Both the position numbers and the translations under genes were made by a program. Shown one piece after another: positions 13,170 to 25,081 of a stretch of 64,000 bases of DNA. Source of the stretch: Octopus bimaculoides. Lineage: Eukaryota. The notes under the pieces are model-generated. The model did not search any database, was not told the DNA's origin, and worked only from the letters and a program-made list of their open reading frames with translations. Location of the stretch: positions 45,911,674-45,975,673 of the forward strand of contig NC_068988.1 in NCBI RefSeq assembly GCF_001194135.2, written 5' to 3'. Position 1 is the first letter of the stretch. Each line of letters begins with the position of its first letter.

Positions 13170-13600
13170 TGTTTTTTATGCTACCAAAGCTTTTGACATA
13201 GTCTAGCAAAAACACTTCCTTTGATAAGTTATTCTTCAAGAAGTTTCACCCGTTTCTCGTTCATCAAACCATCAGTTTTCAGTTACACTTCTCTATTGCA
13301 GTGTAAATCAACATGTTCCTCAATCTTACATTTTATCATCTTTGGCCATTTGATCAGGTGATCATGTGTATGGCACTCTTGCTTCTGCACATTAATGATC
13401 TTTCTGTCACTTCTAACAACATGGATACTTATGGAGATGGGAGCAGCTTTCACTCTCTAAGTTTATACATACAAGCATCATTTGTATTCATTTAGAAACT
13501 TCATGTAGAACTTATATTGCTTCCTTGACATAATAATTCAGTCTCTTTCCACAGCAATAAAATACATCATTATATTCTTACCACTTCTGACGAACACACA
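13170..13600 (+). mobile_element. Decayed CR1/L2/Jockey-type LINE RT fragment
   Basis: TKAFDIV*QKHFL (KAFD motif, about 13182) then LLLLHINDLSVTSNNMDTYGDGSSFH (YINDL...YADD equivalent) in ORF 13313-13495. Confidence 0.65.
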
Positions 13601-13784
13601 GTTACCATTAACACACTTTATGAATGTGAGTACTCAGACTCTGACAATATTTCATGATGATACGTATTTTAAAAAAAGATTTGGCAATTTGTATCCCATA
13701 ACTTGACTCCACTAGCTGTGATCTGTAGCTGACTCTCTACAACACACTTTTCAACAACTAAGTTGTCATACAATTAACTGTGGC

Positions 13785-13949
13785 TGTGTGGTAAGAGCCT
13801 TGCTTCCCAACCACATGGTTCTGGGTTCAGTCCCACTGTCTGGCACCTTGGTCAAGTGTCTTCTTCTATATCCTCAGGCTGACCAAAGACTTGTGAGTGG
13901 ATTTACTTGATGGATACTGAAAAGAAGTCCATTGTATATATATATATAT
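13785..13949 (+). mobile_element. tRNA-derived SINE family B, 5' part, running into (TA)n and a gap
   Basis: GTGGCTGTGTGGTAAG...GGGTTCAGTCCCACTG..GGCACCTTGGTCAAGTGTCTTC, matching the copy at 39885. Confidence 0.85.
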
Positions 13950-14345
13950 NNNNNNNNNNNNNNNNNNNNNNNNNNNNNNNNNNNNNNNNNNNNNNNNNNN
14001 NNNNNNNNNNNNNNNNNNNNNNNNNNNNNNNNNNNNNNNNNNNNNNNNNNNNNNNNNNNNNNNNNNNNNNNNNNNNNNNNNNNNNNNNNNNNNNNNNNNN
14101 NNNNNNNNNNNNNNNNNNNNNNNNNNNNNNNNNNNNNNNNNNNNNNNNNNNNNNNNNNNNNNNNNNNNNNNNNNNNNNNNNNNNNNNNNNNNNNNNNNNN
14201 NNNNNNNNNNNNNNNNNNNNNNNNNNNNNNNNNNNNNNNNNNNNNNNNNNNNNNNNNNNNNNNNNNNNNNNNNNNNNNNNNNNNNNNNNNNNNNNNNNNN
14301 NNNNNNNNNNNNNNNNNNNNNNNNNNNNNNNNNNNNNNNNNNNNN
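13950..14345. other. Assembly gap
   Basis: Run of N. Other gaps: 20629-20766, 34072-34195, 42316-43270, 44725-44824, 49280-49369; all abut microsatellites. Confidence 1.
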
Positions 14346-14670
14346 AGTTGGAGTTATGAACTCTTTTTTTCAACAGGAAGTTTGTGTCTATTCATAGAGA
14401 AATAAGGTCACTGAGGGGTGTGTGTGTTAAGAAATGGTTGGAATTTCTCTATGAAAAGAATCTCCTTGTTGATTCTTTCTTGTGTGGAGATTTTGTCTTT
14501 ACATTGATAGAAAGGGAATATAATGAATTTAGGGTTTTTGTTTCTGGCGCAAGAGTCTATGTGGCCATTGAGTGGAATTTGGCGGTATTGAGGGAGGTTT
14601 ATTTGTTCCTTATGGACAGCTACTCTTCTACGTAATGGGAGGCTCGTATGTCCGATATAGAAGTTTTGGC
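14346..14670 (-). mobile_element. Penelope-like element 3' fragment (GIY-YIG endonuclease)
   Basis: CQNFYIGHTSLPLRRRVAVHKEQI...YRQIPLNGHIDSC...ERINKEILFIEKFQPFLN: YIG, conserved R/H, KE and PxLN motifs of the PLE endonuclease. Confidence 0.85.
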
Positions 14671-14699
14671 AACCTCCCTCAATACCGCCAAATTCCACT

Positions 14700-14910
14700 T
14701 GGTGAGCTGGCAGAAACGTTAGCACGCCGGGCGAAATGTTTAGTGGTAATTCGTCTGTCTTTAGGTTCTGAGTTCAAATTCTGCTGAAGTTGGCTTTGCC
14801 TTTCATCCTTTAGGGTTGATAAATTAAGTACCAGTTGTGTACTGGATCGATTTAATCGACTGGCTCCCTCCCCCAAAATTTCAGGTCTTGTGCCTAGAGT
14901 AGAAAAGAGA
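14700..14910 (+). mobile_element. tRNA-derived SINE family A, near full length
   Basis: A-box-like GAGCTGGCAGAA, B-box GAGTTCAAATTC, core GCCTTTCATCCTTTAGGGTTGATAAATTAAGTACCAG. Confidence 0.9.
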
Positions 14911-16464
14911 ATTCTTATTAGTTAAGTGAGTATAACTGATTTTAGAAGGTTGGACATGTAGTTGTCAGAGCTTATTTGTTTGGTTTTACAGTTATGAACT
15001 CAGTTCTTCACATACATAATTTTCCCTCACTTTTGTTCTTTTGATTTCTATATAGATAGAGTAAGTTTCTAGGGTAGAACCTACACTTAATATGATGGTA
15101 CATACAAAATAAGCAAACTAGCTAGTTAGGAAAATCTCTATCACAGATCAAAGTAGTATTTATACTGAGAAGTAATATTTAATGTTGCCTAAACACTAGT
15201 GTTCCCTAGAGACTGATGATACTGCCATTTTAATCCCAGGAAGAATCTTCCCTCAGCTGGTTCTTCAGACCACTCTGCACTCGATATATATTGCAAGTGG
15301 GGAGAGAACTCCCTACTATTTTAGACCTGAGACCACCAGACTGTATGATTTCAATCTCTTTATGATCTTCCTCAGTGACGGATACCTGTCTGCTAGACAT
15401 GACTGCTCACAGTATATAGAAAATAAGTGACTCACAGTCACTGATCTCACAACGAGCAAACTAGCTAACCTAACATTAGAGGTCTAGAAGATTGAGTGGA
15501 AAAGATTTTGAACAGCTAATTTTGCAGTCAGTTAAAACAGTAGTTTAACCACTCAGTCATTATGTGTGCACGAACAGTTTATACAACAGGTCTGTAGCAA
15601 TATTGACAAAGCATAGAATTTTATTGACTTATTAATATTACTGCTAATGAGATTTAATTTTAAAATTCTTTTACTGAAATCTTTCTGTACAAACAAATAG
15701 TTTTTACATTTCCAATAATTGCCTGATATTCCTAGATATGATCTTTAATGAAGTAAGAATGGATTTATCAAATAAATGAAGACATATCATCAAATAGAAT
15801 ACAGTTTGTTACTCTGAAAACAATATTCAGGTCAGTTGGATTTTAGACAAGATTTAGTAACATTCGTAGATGAGATGATTAAAAATCCACTTTTGCTTTT
15901 TTTCTTTTTTCTACTGAAGTTAAAATTTGTATGCTATTTAATTCTTTAGAATTATAAGATGTTGATTTATTTTTCTGAAATAGTTATTAAATGATGGTTG
16001 TTAAGACTCATTAAGATTGAAGCCACAATAAAGTGAAACTCAAATTGAACAACAATTATATGCATAATATATTAAATCATTGTGTGTGTATGTATGTATT
16101 GAGCATAATGTTTCTGTTTATGTATAAAATAAAAGCATGTTTCAAAAATTAGTAATAATTTTAAAAGTTAATACAATACCTTCCAAAAGCCATGATCCAA
16201 ATAAAGATATACAAAATACTCTTTTGTTCCAAAGAGAAATTCAGTTTCAATGTATTCTTAGGTTTCAATTCTTAAGGTTATTAGATTATAAAAGCATGGA
16301 AGTTCTATTCAGTGATTGCTGACCAACTTAATCCTTTTTCAATAGATATCTGTAGCATACAGTTTTTTAGTATTTATTTATGATTAGTGTTTGATCATTC
16401 ACACAAGACAGTACAACTGACATGACTGTATTATACTGCACACCACTAAACCTGATCATAGCAA

Positions 16465-17000
16465 AAACATCACCATCATCATCCTTATTGTTTCAGTATT
16501 AATTTTTCCATGTTAGCATGAGATGGCTTGGTCTGAAGAATAGCATATTGTCCCACTTCTCAGTTACATTTCAACTTATCTGGAAAACCAATATCATAAA
16601 TTCCTTGTTTTCCCTCTCCTCTCTGGATTCTATCCATTGTTAACTTATCATACATTTCCACCTGGTACCACTTATGCAATCATATCACATTTTCATAACA
16701 GCAAACTTCATTTCCTGCCTCATTCACAGAAATTAGTAAATGCCATTAGTACCTAGTCACTTTTCAAGTTCAATGGACAATTCTACCTTGCATACAACTC
16801 TAAACATTTTTGCATTCAATGTCCAAAATATCATTGCCCTGTTGTATTACGGTTGATATGTATGTTTTTTACAACCCAGAAGAAGAACGTATTTGTTAGC
16901 AACAGAGATATTACATTCCACTGTAGTTTTACAGTAGATAAATTGATTATACAACATGGCTTCTTTAGCTACTTTGATACAGTGGGTTTGCTCCATTAGA
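16465..17000 (-). mobile_element. Decayed RTE-clade LINE 3' end with (GAT)n-like tail
   Basis: Minus strand ends CATGCTAACATGGAAAAATTAA...GATGATGATGGTGATG; upstream frames resemble the RTE C-terminal region. Confidence 0.45.
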
Positions 17001-17744
17001 ACTGGTTGTAACTACTCAATTACGTATTACATACCTTCTGTATTTTAAACTTCTTTTGCACTCACAGAGATAAAAGTCTTTATATAAAAACAATGTAGAT
17101 TAGTCCAAATAATTAAATTATGCAAAATAGTTACATAGAAGTTTGGGACTAATGAATATGAAGCCATTAAAACATTAGTCCTACCTTACAGACCCAAAGC
17201 TGATTAATGTGATTACTTAACTATGATTATTGGTATGCATTATTTTACTTTTCTTAAGGTATTTCTTTTAATTTGATTTCTTAGATTTGGACTTGTCTCA
17301 CCATGTTTAGAAGCATTGTTAATAATCTGTTTCTGTGTATAATAAGAAATGGAGAACATTTTTTTGAAATAGCAACGTAACCAGATGGAAATATTTTTAA
17401 AGAAAATAACACCAAAGAAATCATTAAAATTATAAATAGTAAATCCCTAATAATAAATGCATAAAAAAATATTTTTAACAAATAATTAACACTCAAGAGA
17501 GAAAAGCATTAGTCAAAGAATCCATTTAAACATACATGCACAGAACCTCAAATGCAATTTCAAAATGCTAACAAGAAAACAAAAATTTAACAAACTTTGG
17601 AAATAACTAAATTTAAAATTATTTAGTTCAGATAAAATACTAAAGATATCCAATCAGTCCATTTAGATTTACTTGCCAGAAAGCTTTCTGAAAAAAAAGA
17701 ATCACCTCACTGTTAATGGTAATAATAATAGTAATAATCCTTTC

Positions 17745-18190
17745 TACTATAGGCACAGGGCCTGAAATTTGAGGAAGGGAATTAGTCAATTACATCAGCT
17801 CTGGTGTTTCGCTGGTACTTAATTTGTCAACCCCAAAAGGATAAATGGCAAAAATCGACCTCGGTGGAACTTGAACTCAGAACATAAAGACAGACGAAAT
17901 GCTGCTGAGCATTTTGTCAGGCATGCTAACAACTCTGCCAGCTCGCTACCTTGTTACTAATACTACTAATAATAATAGTTTCAAATTTTGCCATAGGGGC
18001 AACTTTATTGGAGGGGGGATGAGACGATTACACCGATCCCAATATTCAACTGGCACTCAATTTATCGACGCCCCCAAAAGGATGAAAGGCAAAGTTGACC
18101 TCATTGGAATTTGAGCTCAGAACGTAGCAATGGACGAAATACCGCTAAGTATTTCGTCCAGCATACTAACAATCTGTCAGCTCGCCGCTC
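17745..18190 (-). mobile_element. Two tandem family A SINE copies separated by TAA-rich tails
   Basis: The core AAAGGATGAAAGGCAAAGTTGACCTC..GAATTTGAGCTCAGAAC occurs twice (about 17845 and about 18080). Confidence 0.85.
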
Positions 18191-18429
18191 TTTCTACTAC
18201 TACTACTACTACTACTACTAATGATAATAATAATAATAATAATAGTATTTGTTCATTTCATTACCTTCATTATTTTCCAGAGAAAGGATTTCATTTAACG
18301 TTTCGAAGATATTGATCTTCCTCACCCTCTCTTTCTTGTTTTTTTTCTGAGTTTATGACATTTTTTCATGCTTCTTCGTATTTTCACTAATCATTTGGAA
18401 ATTTTCGTCAGTACTTGTTTATTTTTTTC

Positions 18430-18840
18430 ATCAACATTCTGAATGTATGGTACTACTTGTAGGTACTGCTGGGGAATGTGATTTGGGGTTTGAAGATATT
18501 TCTTTTGTTGTCCCCAGAGTTTTTGGCCGATGGTGCTCTGCAAACTGGATTTATTGTTCATTTAATTGTTGCTGTTGATTTTTTTTTAACTCTGATTTTG
18601 CTTAATCTTCCAAGTACTTTGAGACATTCAACTCTAAAGTGTGTTTTACTCCAACGAATGTAACGACTTGACTTTTTGCCCTGTAGCATTAATTTTATGC
18701 CCTTTGTTTCAGCGCCTTCTAAGTACAGTTGCCATATGTCTCTGAAACTATTAGGACTTTCAAGACCATTTTGATGTCCATAACTGCAGGTCATCTTTCC
18801 TTAAGTATGCTTTGACCACTCTCACTATAGGCATGTGTCA
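18430..18840 (-). mobile_element. Possible decayed L1/Tx1 ORF1 fragment
   Basis: RYIRWSKTHFRVECLK loosely resembles a CCHC knuckle; multiple frameshifts. Confidence 0.25.
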
Positions 18841-19269
18841 TGTCCAATGTCTATTATTGTGATTCTTGTATTTCTTTGACACTTGGACTGAGTCAGAAAT
18901 GTATAGAAGTACAACTGACAAACGAAACAGAAAGCTTATTATAAAAGCTAGCATCGTTCTTGGCAAAGAATTCACAACGCAACATAAAATAGTAGCCAGT
19001 GACTTCTGACACAGAGCTATACATACACAGAAACAAAAGACGACAGGAAAAAGGAAGTTATGGAAACAAAACGATCATACATTTGGGAACAGATTTAGAA
19101 GAATTGTAATTAAGATACGTAACTGTAGAGAGATAGATCTAGATGCATAAATAATAATTGGTTATTTCTGGAAAATAACGTACTTTGTGCTATGGAGCAG
19201 ATACGTGATGGGGGCGAAAATATCTTTCTCTTCATAATGCTAGAAAAATTGCAAGACTCTTGCATTTAA

Positions 19270-19690
19270 ACGCTAATACTGGATGATAGTGAGACGTGAA
19301 CCTTAAATGCAGAGGGTTTTAGAAAACTGGAACGAAACAAAGAAAACATGCTGGATTGGAGGTGCAGTGTAAGAGTACATGGAAAAACAATATAAAAATA
19401 TGTTGAGAGAAAAATTAATCAACAGTGGAATTAGAGGGAATGTACATGAAAGGAAACAGTGTTGGTATGGCCATATCATGTGTGTGGATAGGAACGGCTG
19501 CATAAAGAAGAACCGGTCACTTGATGTGAATTGAATTTGTAGATGAGGGGAAACCCAGAAAGACTTGGAATGAAATGTTGAAGGCTGACCTCAGGATCTT
19601 GAACCTCATTGAGAGATGGTGCAGGATCAGAAGGACTGGCAATATGTGGTTCTCAAGAATAACCGAAGTCGATGAAACTAAGTTCGGAAA
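19270..19690 (+). mobile_element. RTE-clade LINE C-terminal fragment
   Basis: WYGHIMCVDRNGCIKK...GKPRKTWNEMLKADLRILNL...QDQKDWQYVV matches the RTE pattern WxGHxxRM...GRPRKTW...DL...DRxxW. Confidence 0.75.
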
Positions 19691-19779
19691 GCACTGTGTA
19701 TGTATACATACATGCATTCACACACACATGTAAATATGTATGCATGTATCACTCCTTGGAACCATTTAACTTGACATCA

Positions 19780-20330
19780 TTCATCCTTATTCATTCCATA
19801 TTGCCCACCTTTTATACTGGTCTTCCTACTGAGACTTCTCCACCTCTATATATCGCTTACTCTCCCCATAAACTCACCTGTCACTCTCTCCATACACTTT
19901 GTTAATCTACCCAACGACTTCTAATCTTTCTTTCTCTTTATCTCTCTCTCTCTCTCAACTTTGTTCTATCCAATATCATCATTACTTTTCTGCTGCTTTT
20001 CACCCCCATTTATCACTGGTCATCCCCACCCTTTATTCACAAAACACTGCACCTACCCCTTGAAAATGGTTCTTCCTTTATCATGTTCACTTCTCTACCC
20101 ATTCTCCATTGCTCTTTCTCACTCTCTTGTGCATAATTGCAACCTCTACTCTCACACCCCCAGATCTTCTTCCTCACATTTACTCATCTGATAATTTGGG
20201 GACCCTCACAGACCTCTTGTCACAACTATTTACATGCTGATAAGCCTCACCCTCTCTTTAAAACAGAGAGTAACTGTGTAGCTCTTTTACAACAAGAAAC
20301 ATGTTCTGCTCTGGAACCCCCCTCATACTT
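19780..20330 (-). mobile_element. Very decayed RTE-type LINE C-terminal fragment
   Basis: Purine-rich minus strand with traces of the RxxGV...W.GHVERM pattern; many stops. Confidence 0.3.
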
Positions 20331-20384
20331 TAACTCATCAATTCCTCACATGAAGCCAACTCTCTTATGGTTTTGTAGTATTGC

Positions 20385-20580
20385 AAGCTGCAAGGTGACC
20401 TTGTTTGTGCTAGTGATATGAAAAAAACACCCGATATATGCTTCAAATGGTTGTCATTGGGAAGGGCAACCAGCTATAGAAACCAGGCCAGAAGAGAAAG
20501 AGGAGACAAATGAGGTCTTGGACCCATCAGATCCTGTCAAATCAACCAGCCTTCAGTAGCATGGAACAAGGACATTAAAT
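20385..20580 (+). mobile_element. RTE-tailed SINE 3' fragment
   Basis: GGGAAGGGCAACCAGCTATAGAAACC...AGCATGGAACAAGGACATTAAA; the tail resembles the RTE-type end at 16465. Confidence 0.5.
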
Positions 20581-20594
20581 TAAATAATATTGAT

Positions 20595-20626
<32 letters not shown>

Positions 20627-20766
20627 TANNNNNNNNNNNNNNNNNNNNNNNNNNNNNNNNNNNNNNNNNNNNNNNNNNNNNNNNNNNNNNNNNNNNNNNN
20701 NNNNNNNNNNNNNNNNNNNNNNNNNNNNNNNNNNNNNNNNNNNNNNNNNNNNNNNNNNNNNNNNNN

Positions 20767-20945
20767 GCGACGTGTTGTGTTCTTGAGCAAAACGCTTCAT
20801 TTCATGTTGCTCCAGTACACTCAGCTGGCAAAAATGAGTAACGCTGCAATGGACTGGTGTCCCGTCCAGCCGGGAAACACATACGCCATTGAAACCGGGA
20901 AACCGGGCCCATGAGCCTGGCTAGGCTTTAAAAGGGCACATTTAT
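20767..20945 (+). mobile_element. SINE family C, 3' portion (head lost in the gap)
   Basis: GTGTTCTTGAGCAAAACGCTTCATTTCATGTTGCTCCAGTACACTCAGCTGGCAAAAATGAG core shared with 30585; tail shared with the reverse copy at 50305-50410. Confidence 0.8.
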
Positions 20946-23062
20946 ATATATATATATATCCAGAGGGAGAGAGATAGGTAGATAGATAGACAGTTAGATA
21001 TAGATATATATGTATGTGTATGCATACACGTATATATATGAGTGTGTGTGTATGTGTGTAAATATACAAATATGTGCATGAGTACACATACACACTCACT
21101 CACGCGCACACACACACACATATGCATGAATGTATGTTTGTATACATATATTCCAATAACATTGACATACCCTAAAACAATATATATTTCCAACTTTCTT
21201 AATGTGAAAAGAACTTATCTTGGCAATGATGTAGAAATGGCAGACACATATGACCAAAAGAGATGTCTCTAGGGTCTACATTGACCAGGATTAGATGGCA
21301 TCTACCATAGAATCTCAATTATGCCACCATTTGACAAGTGAAGGCTAATAAAGTGAGAAACCTACAAAACTCTGACATAGAAATAACCCCATTTCTGATA
21401 TATATATTTTTTTTATTTAACCTGTTGTTGTTGTGGTTGTTGTTGCAGCAGCTCTATTGTTGAAACAGTATCAATCAAACATAGGCTGTTTTTTCTAAGT
21501 ATATCTTATCATGATTTTATATATTTATATATTCTTTATATTTTATTTATATATTGTTGTTGTTGTTGTTATTATTATTGTCATCATTATTATTATTATT
21601 AGTGGGAGTAATTTTATGTTTATTTTTCTGTGATTTTTATTTGCATATTTCTATTTCTATATTGTTGTTGTGCAAAGTGTCTCTTACGATTTTATTTTAT
21701 TTTATTTTATTTATGTATTGGCTATGTAGGGTAATGACTATATCGCTAGGTTTTTCTCTCTCTTCTGATATATTCTACTGTGTAGGCAGAAGACATATTT
21801 GATAGATTTCAAGAAAGTAGACGTTCTCCTCCTACAAAATCCCCATCACAACTACACACACACACACACATACATGCAAGCACACAAGCACATACACACA
21901 TAAGCCTCTGTACATTCACTTTCAGATACAGAGCTGATGCTTTACCTTATAATTTACTTGCACTCATTTATAATTTATTTGTACTCGCATAACTCATACA
22001 CCAACACTGCGTTTATATCTACATAGGAATTAACTAATTCATGCATTCATTACACTCATATTGATACAAATAGTGGCATATTCATATACTTTCACACTCT
22101 TACATCTACAGCCCGATATACTGGCACTCGCAAATATAGACAAATATCAAGACACAAAAATGCAAAATGTACACAAAGCATCAAGGTAAAAATAAGTTGC
22201 TGAGATTCAAAAATAAGATAATGTAGAATGAGATATAAAGAAAATGAAGAATTCTTGTAAAATTTCAGAATTAATAGTGGACTTGTTTTAGGTTGGAAAT
22301 ATCTCGTGCTTTTTCAGACATATGCTGTAGTATACTTGCATATTTTTTTGTTTTGATTTACACTGTAATCAGATGTGAACAAGTAGACATGGTGTGAAAA
22401 TTACTTTCTGACATGTTTATTTTATAGTTGTTTATGTATCAATGGCTAAGATGATTGTTTACTTCAATTACCTGTCTTTGGAGACAGGTATCAGAATTTC
22501 AGGGAAAATTTACCTGTGTTAGACAAGAATCTAAGACAAGGTGAACTTGTTTGTTTTTTCTTAGGCTTTAAGTCTTGGGATTAATTCAGGAAGTTTGGCC
22601 TTCTAGCTCTTAAGTTTGGTATAGAGTGAGAATCAATTTTGTTGCTACTCTGCCTTATGTTTGTTTTGCATTTAAACAGTCAAATGAAAATAATTAATAA
22701 TTCAGAACAGAGTTTTGGTACTGTCTTCACATAATATTGATTTGAAAATGATGAGATAGAGACTTATAGAGTTTAGAAGCATTGGTGTGAGGTCAACTGT
22801 AGAAGTGCATTTTTATTGTATCTTGTTTTCCCTTGAGTTCAAATTCTTTCTTTTTATTGTTTAAAAGAGACTAACATAGAGCAAATTCAAAGTAATGAGG
22901 GCATGTCATTGATGAGATCAGGAATGGTGCCAAAAGAACTTTGACGAACCTGAGTGATTCACCAAACAATTAGTGAAACAATCAATTAGTTAGTTGTTTA
23001 AATAGTTAACCAATTGACATATAAAATTAAAGAAGGGAAATATAACCAGTGTATGTGTTTAA

Positions 23063-23282
23063 CTCTTTAGCATTTAATCCAGCCATACCCAGCTCAAATA
23101 TTCTACCTGTTTTATGTTAAAACTGACCAGATCCAACTTCTCACACCTACCCTACAACGTTATTCTAAAAGTACACAAACAGACCATTGAAATCTCAAAT
23201 CTCCAGGATAATGTGTGACTAATACAAGAAAATATGAATAAATATGCGATACATTCGGTTAAGAAATCTGAACGCTAATGGG
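23063..23282. mobile_element. piggyBac-type MITE
   Basis: TTAA|CTCTTTAGCATT ... AACGCTAATGGG|TTGA: degenerate CCCT..AGGG TIRs inside a TTAA/TTGA target duplication. Confidence 0.7.
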
Positions 23283-23859
23283 TTGATATTAGCATAATAA
23301 CCCTCCTAATAAACAACAGAACTGCTGATTCATTATAGGAAATGGCTATATCTATTAAGGGCTGCAAGGAAATAGCTAAAAGTGTTGAAAGACTGACGTC
23401 AGCTACAATGGATTTCATGCAGAATTTTTCATATTTTCACCTACTTTTACACCAACTAATTTTTTTCTTTGTTTCAGTTATAATAACTGCTGCCTGTTAA
23501 GTAAAACACATTCATATTTGCATTTTATGCCTAATGTTTTGAGTGTATTTTTAGAGAGAGATTCAGTGAATATATCTATAATTCAAAGATATAATCTTGT
23601 CTCATGGTATCATTAAAGGTATACGTGAAGTAATCTGGTAGTTTAATTGATTGAACTCATGGTTAAGAATTCTAATAAAGATCCATTATATATGTATATA
23701 TTGATTGATTGAGTTCAAATTCTCCTGAGCTCAACTTGGCATCTCATCTTTTCAGGATTCATAAAATAAGTACAAAATCATGTGTTGGGATTGATGGTAC
23801 CTCACCTCTCAAAATTGCTTACTTTGTGATACTGTTATAAATGAGGATTTTAAGGTGAT

Positions 23860-24060
23860 GAACTAGAGGAAACGTTAACATGCCAGATAAAATGCTTAGA
23901 AACGTTTTGGTCATCTTCATGTCCTGAGTTGAAATCCTGCCAAAGTTGACTTTGCCCTCCATCCTTTCAGAGTCGATAAAATAAGTATCTGGGGTCGATG
24001 TAATCAACTTACCCACTACACTGAAATTGCCAACCTTGTGCTAAAATTTGAAATCATTTT
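23860..24060 (+). mobile_element. SINE family A
   Basis: GAGTTGAAATCC...GTTGACTTTGCCCTCCATCCTTTCAGAGTCGATAAAATAAGTA. Confidence 0.8.
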
Positions 24061-25081
24061 TAACGAGGATGTTCTGGACACTAATGATATTGGTGATAAT
24101 CATTTCTACTTCAGTAATGGAAAAGAAATAAGCATGAGTGGTAGAATTATTTTCTGTTATATCCAACTTTCAGAGAAGCTCTGTTCAATTTCTTTACTTG
24201 CTAGAAATAGCAGTCACATGCTACCATCTTATAATAAAAGTATGCATTTGATAATGTATTTTACAAAAGATGATAGAATGGTTACAGATGGAACCCTTGA
24301 TTAGGATTAGACTGGCATGGGAATAAACAGTGAAAGCAACAATGAAAGCAATGAATTACACCACCGTTTGTATCGCTTTACTGCAAAGCAGACTGAGCCA
24401 TTGTACAGACATGGGGTGTATCACAGAATTCTAATAATAATCTATCAACCACCATTCCTTTAGACATTAGTTGATTCTTTAATGACCCATCCCACTGTGA
24501 CTGTCTTTTACTTTTGGTCTACACAAAATAATAACTAAAGAATAAAGGTTTGTTTTCTCATTTACAATGAAAACATTTCCAGTGTGTTTCTTGTCAAATA
24601 AAAATGTCTTGTCAGATGCATTGGTAGATAGATTATCTTGTTTAGGGATGCCAGACACAGTTTACTATTTGTGCTTGTTGTAACCGATGTTATAGTAATA
24701 GTAGTAGCAACTGTTATTGGTGAATTCATATTGTCTGATGAGCAGCTGCTAAGATCTTCATCTTTGCTTCCATCAACAAAGTAGTTCCTGGTTCTTTTGT
24801 TTTACAAATACATTCATTTGTATCAAACCATAACTAATTAGAAAGGCAAGTGTATCTGTAAAATATGTCTTGCCACTGTTTGAAACAAGTGTTTCTTTAT
24901 TTTCCTTTTTGTCCTCATGTTATTGAAAATATATACATGTATTATATGTGAATGTATATATATATTATTTGTAAATATGCGTGTGTATTTATTTATATGT
25001 GCATATCTTTGTATTTATGCATGTCTAAGCATTTACACACACGTACATACAGATGTAATTGCTCATGTATGTGCCTGTCTA

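Noticed and set aside
13143-13260. Strong minus-strand donor ATG|GTGAGT with a VFLLDYVKSF frame
   Set aside because: All minus frames stop nearby; the plus strand gives two ordered LINE RT motifs (KAFD, INDL..YGD), a better explanation.
13903-14405. Long ORFs containing X (also 20.5, 33.9, 42.0, 44.7 and 49.2 kb)
   Set aside because: Artefacts of N gaps.
24560-24790. Ser/Thr-rich minus frame YFVDGSKDEDLSSCSSDN...
   Set aside because: Weak acceptor, no clear donor and no recognisable family.
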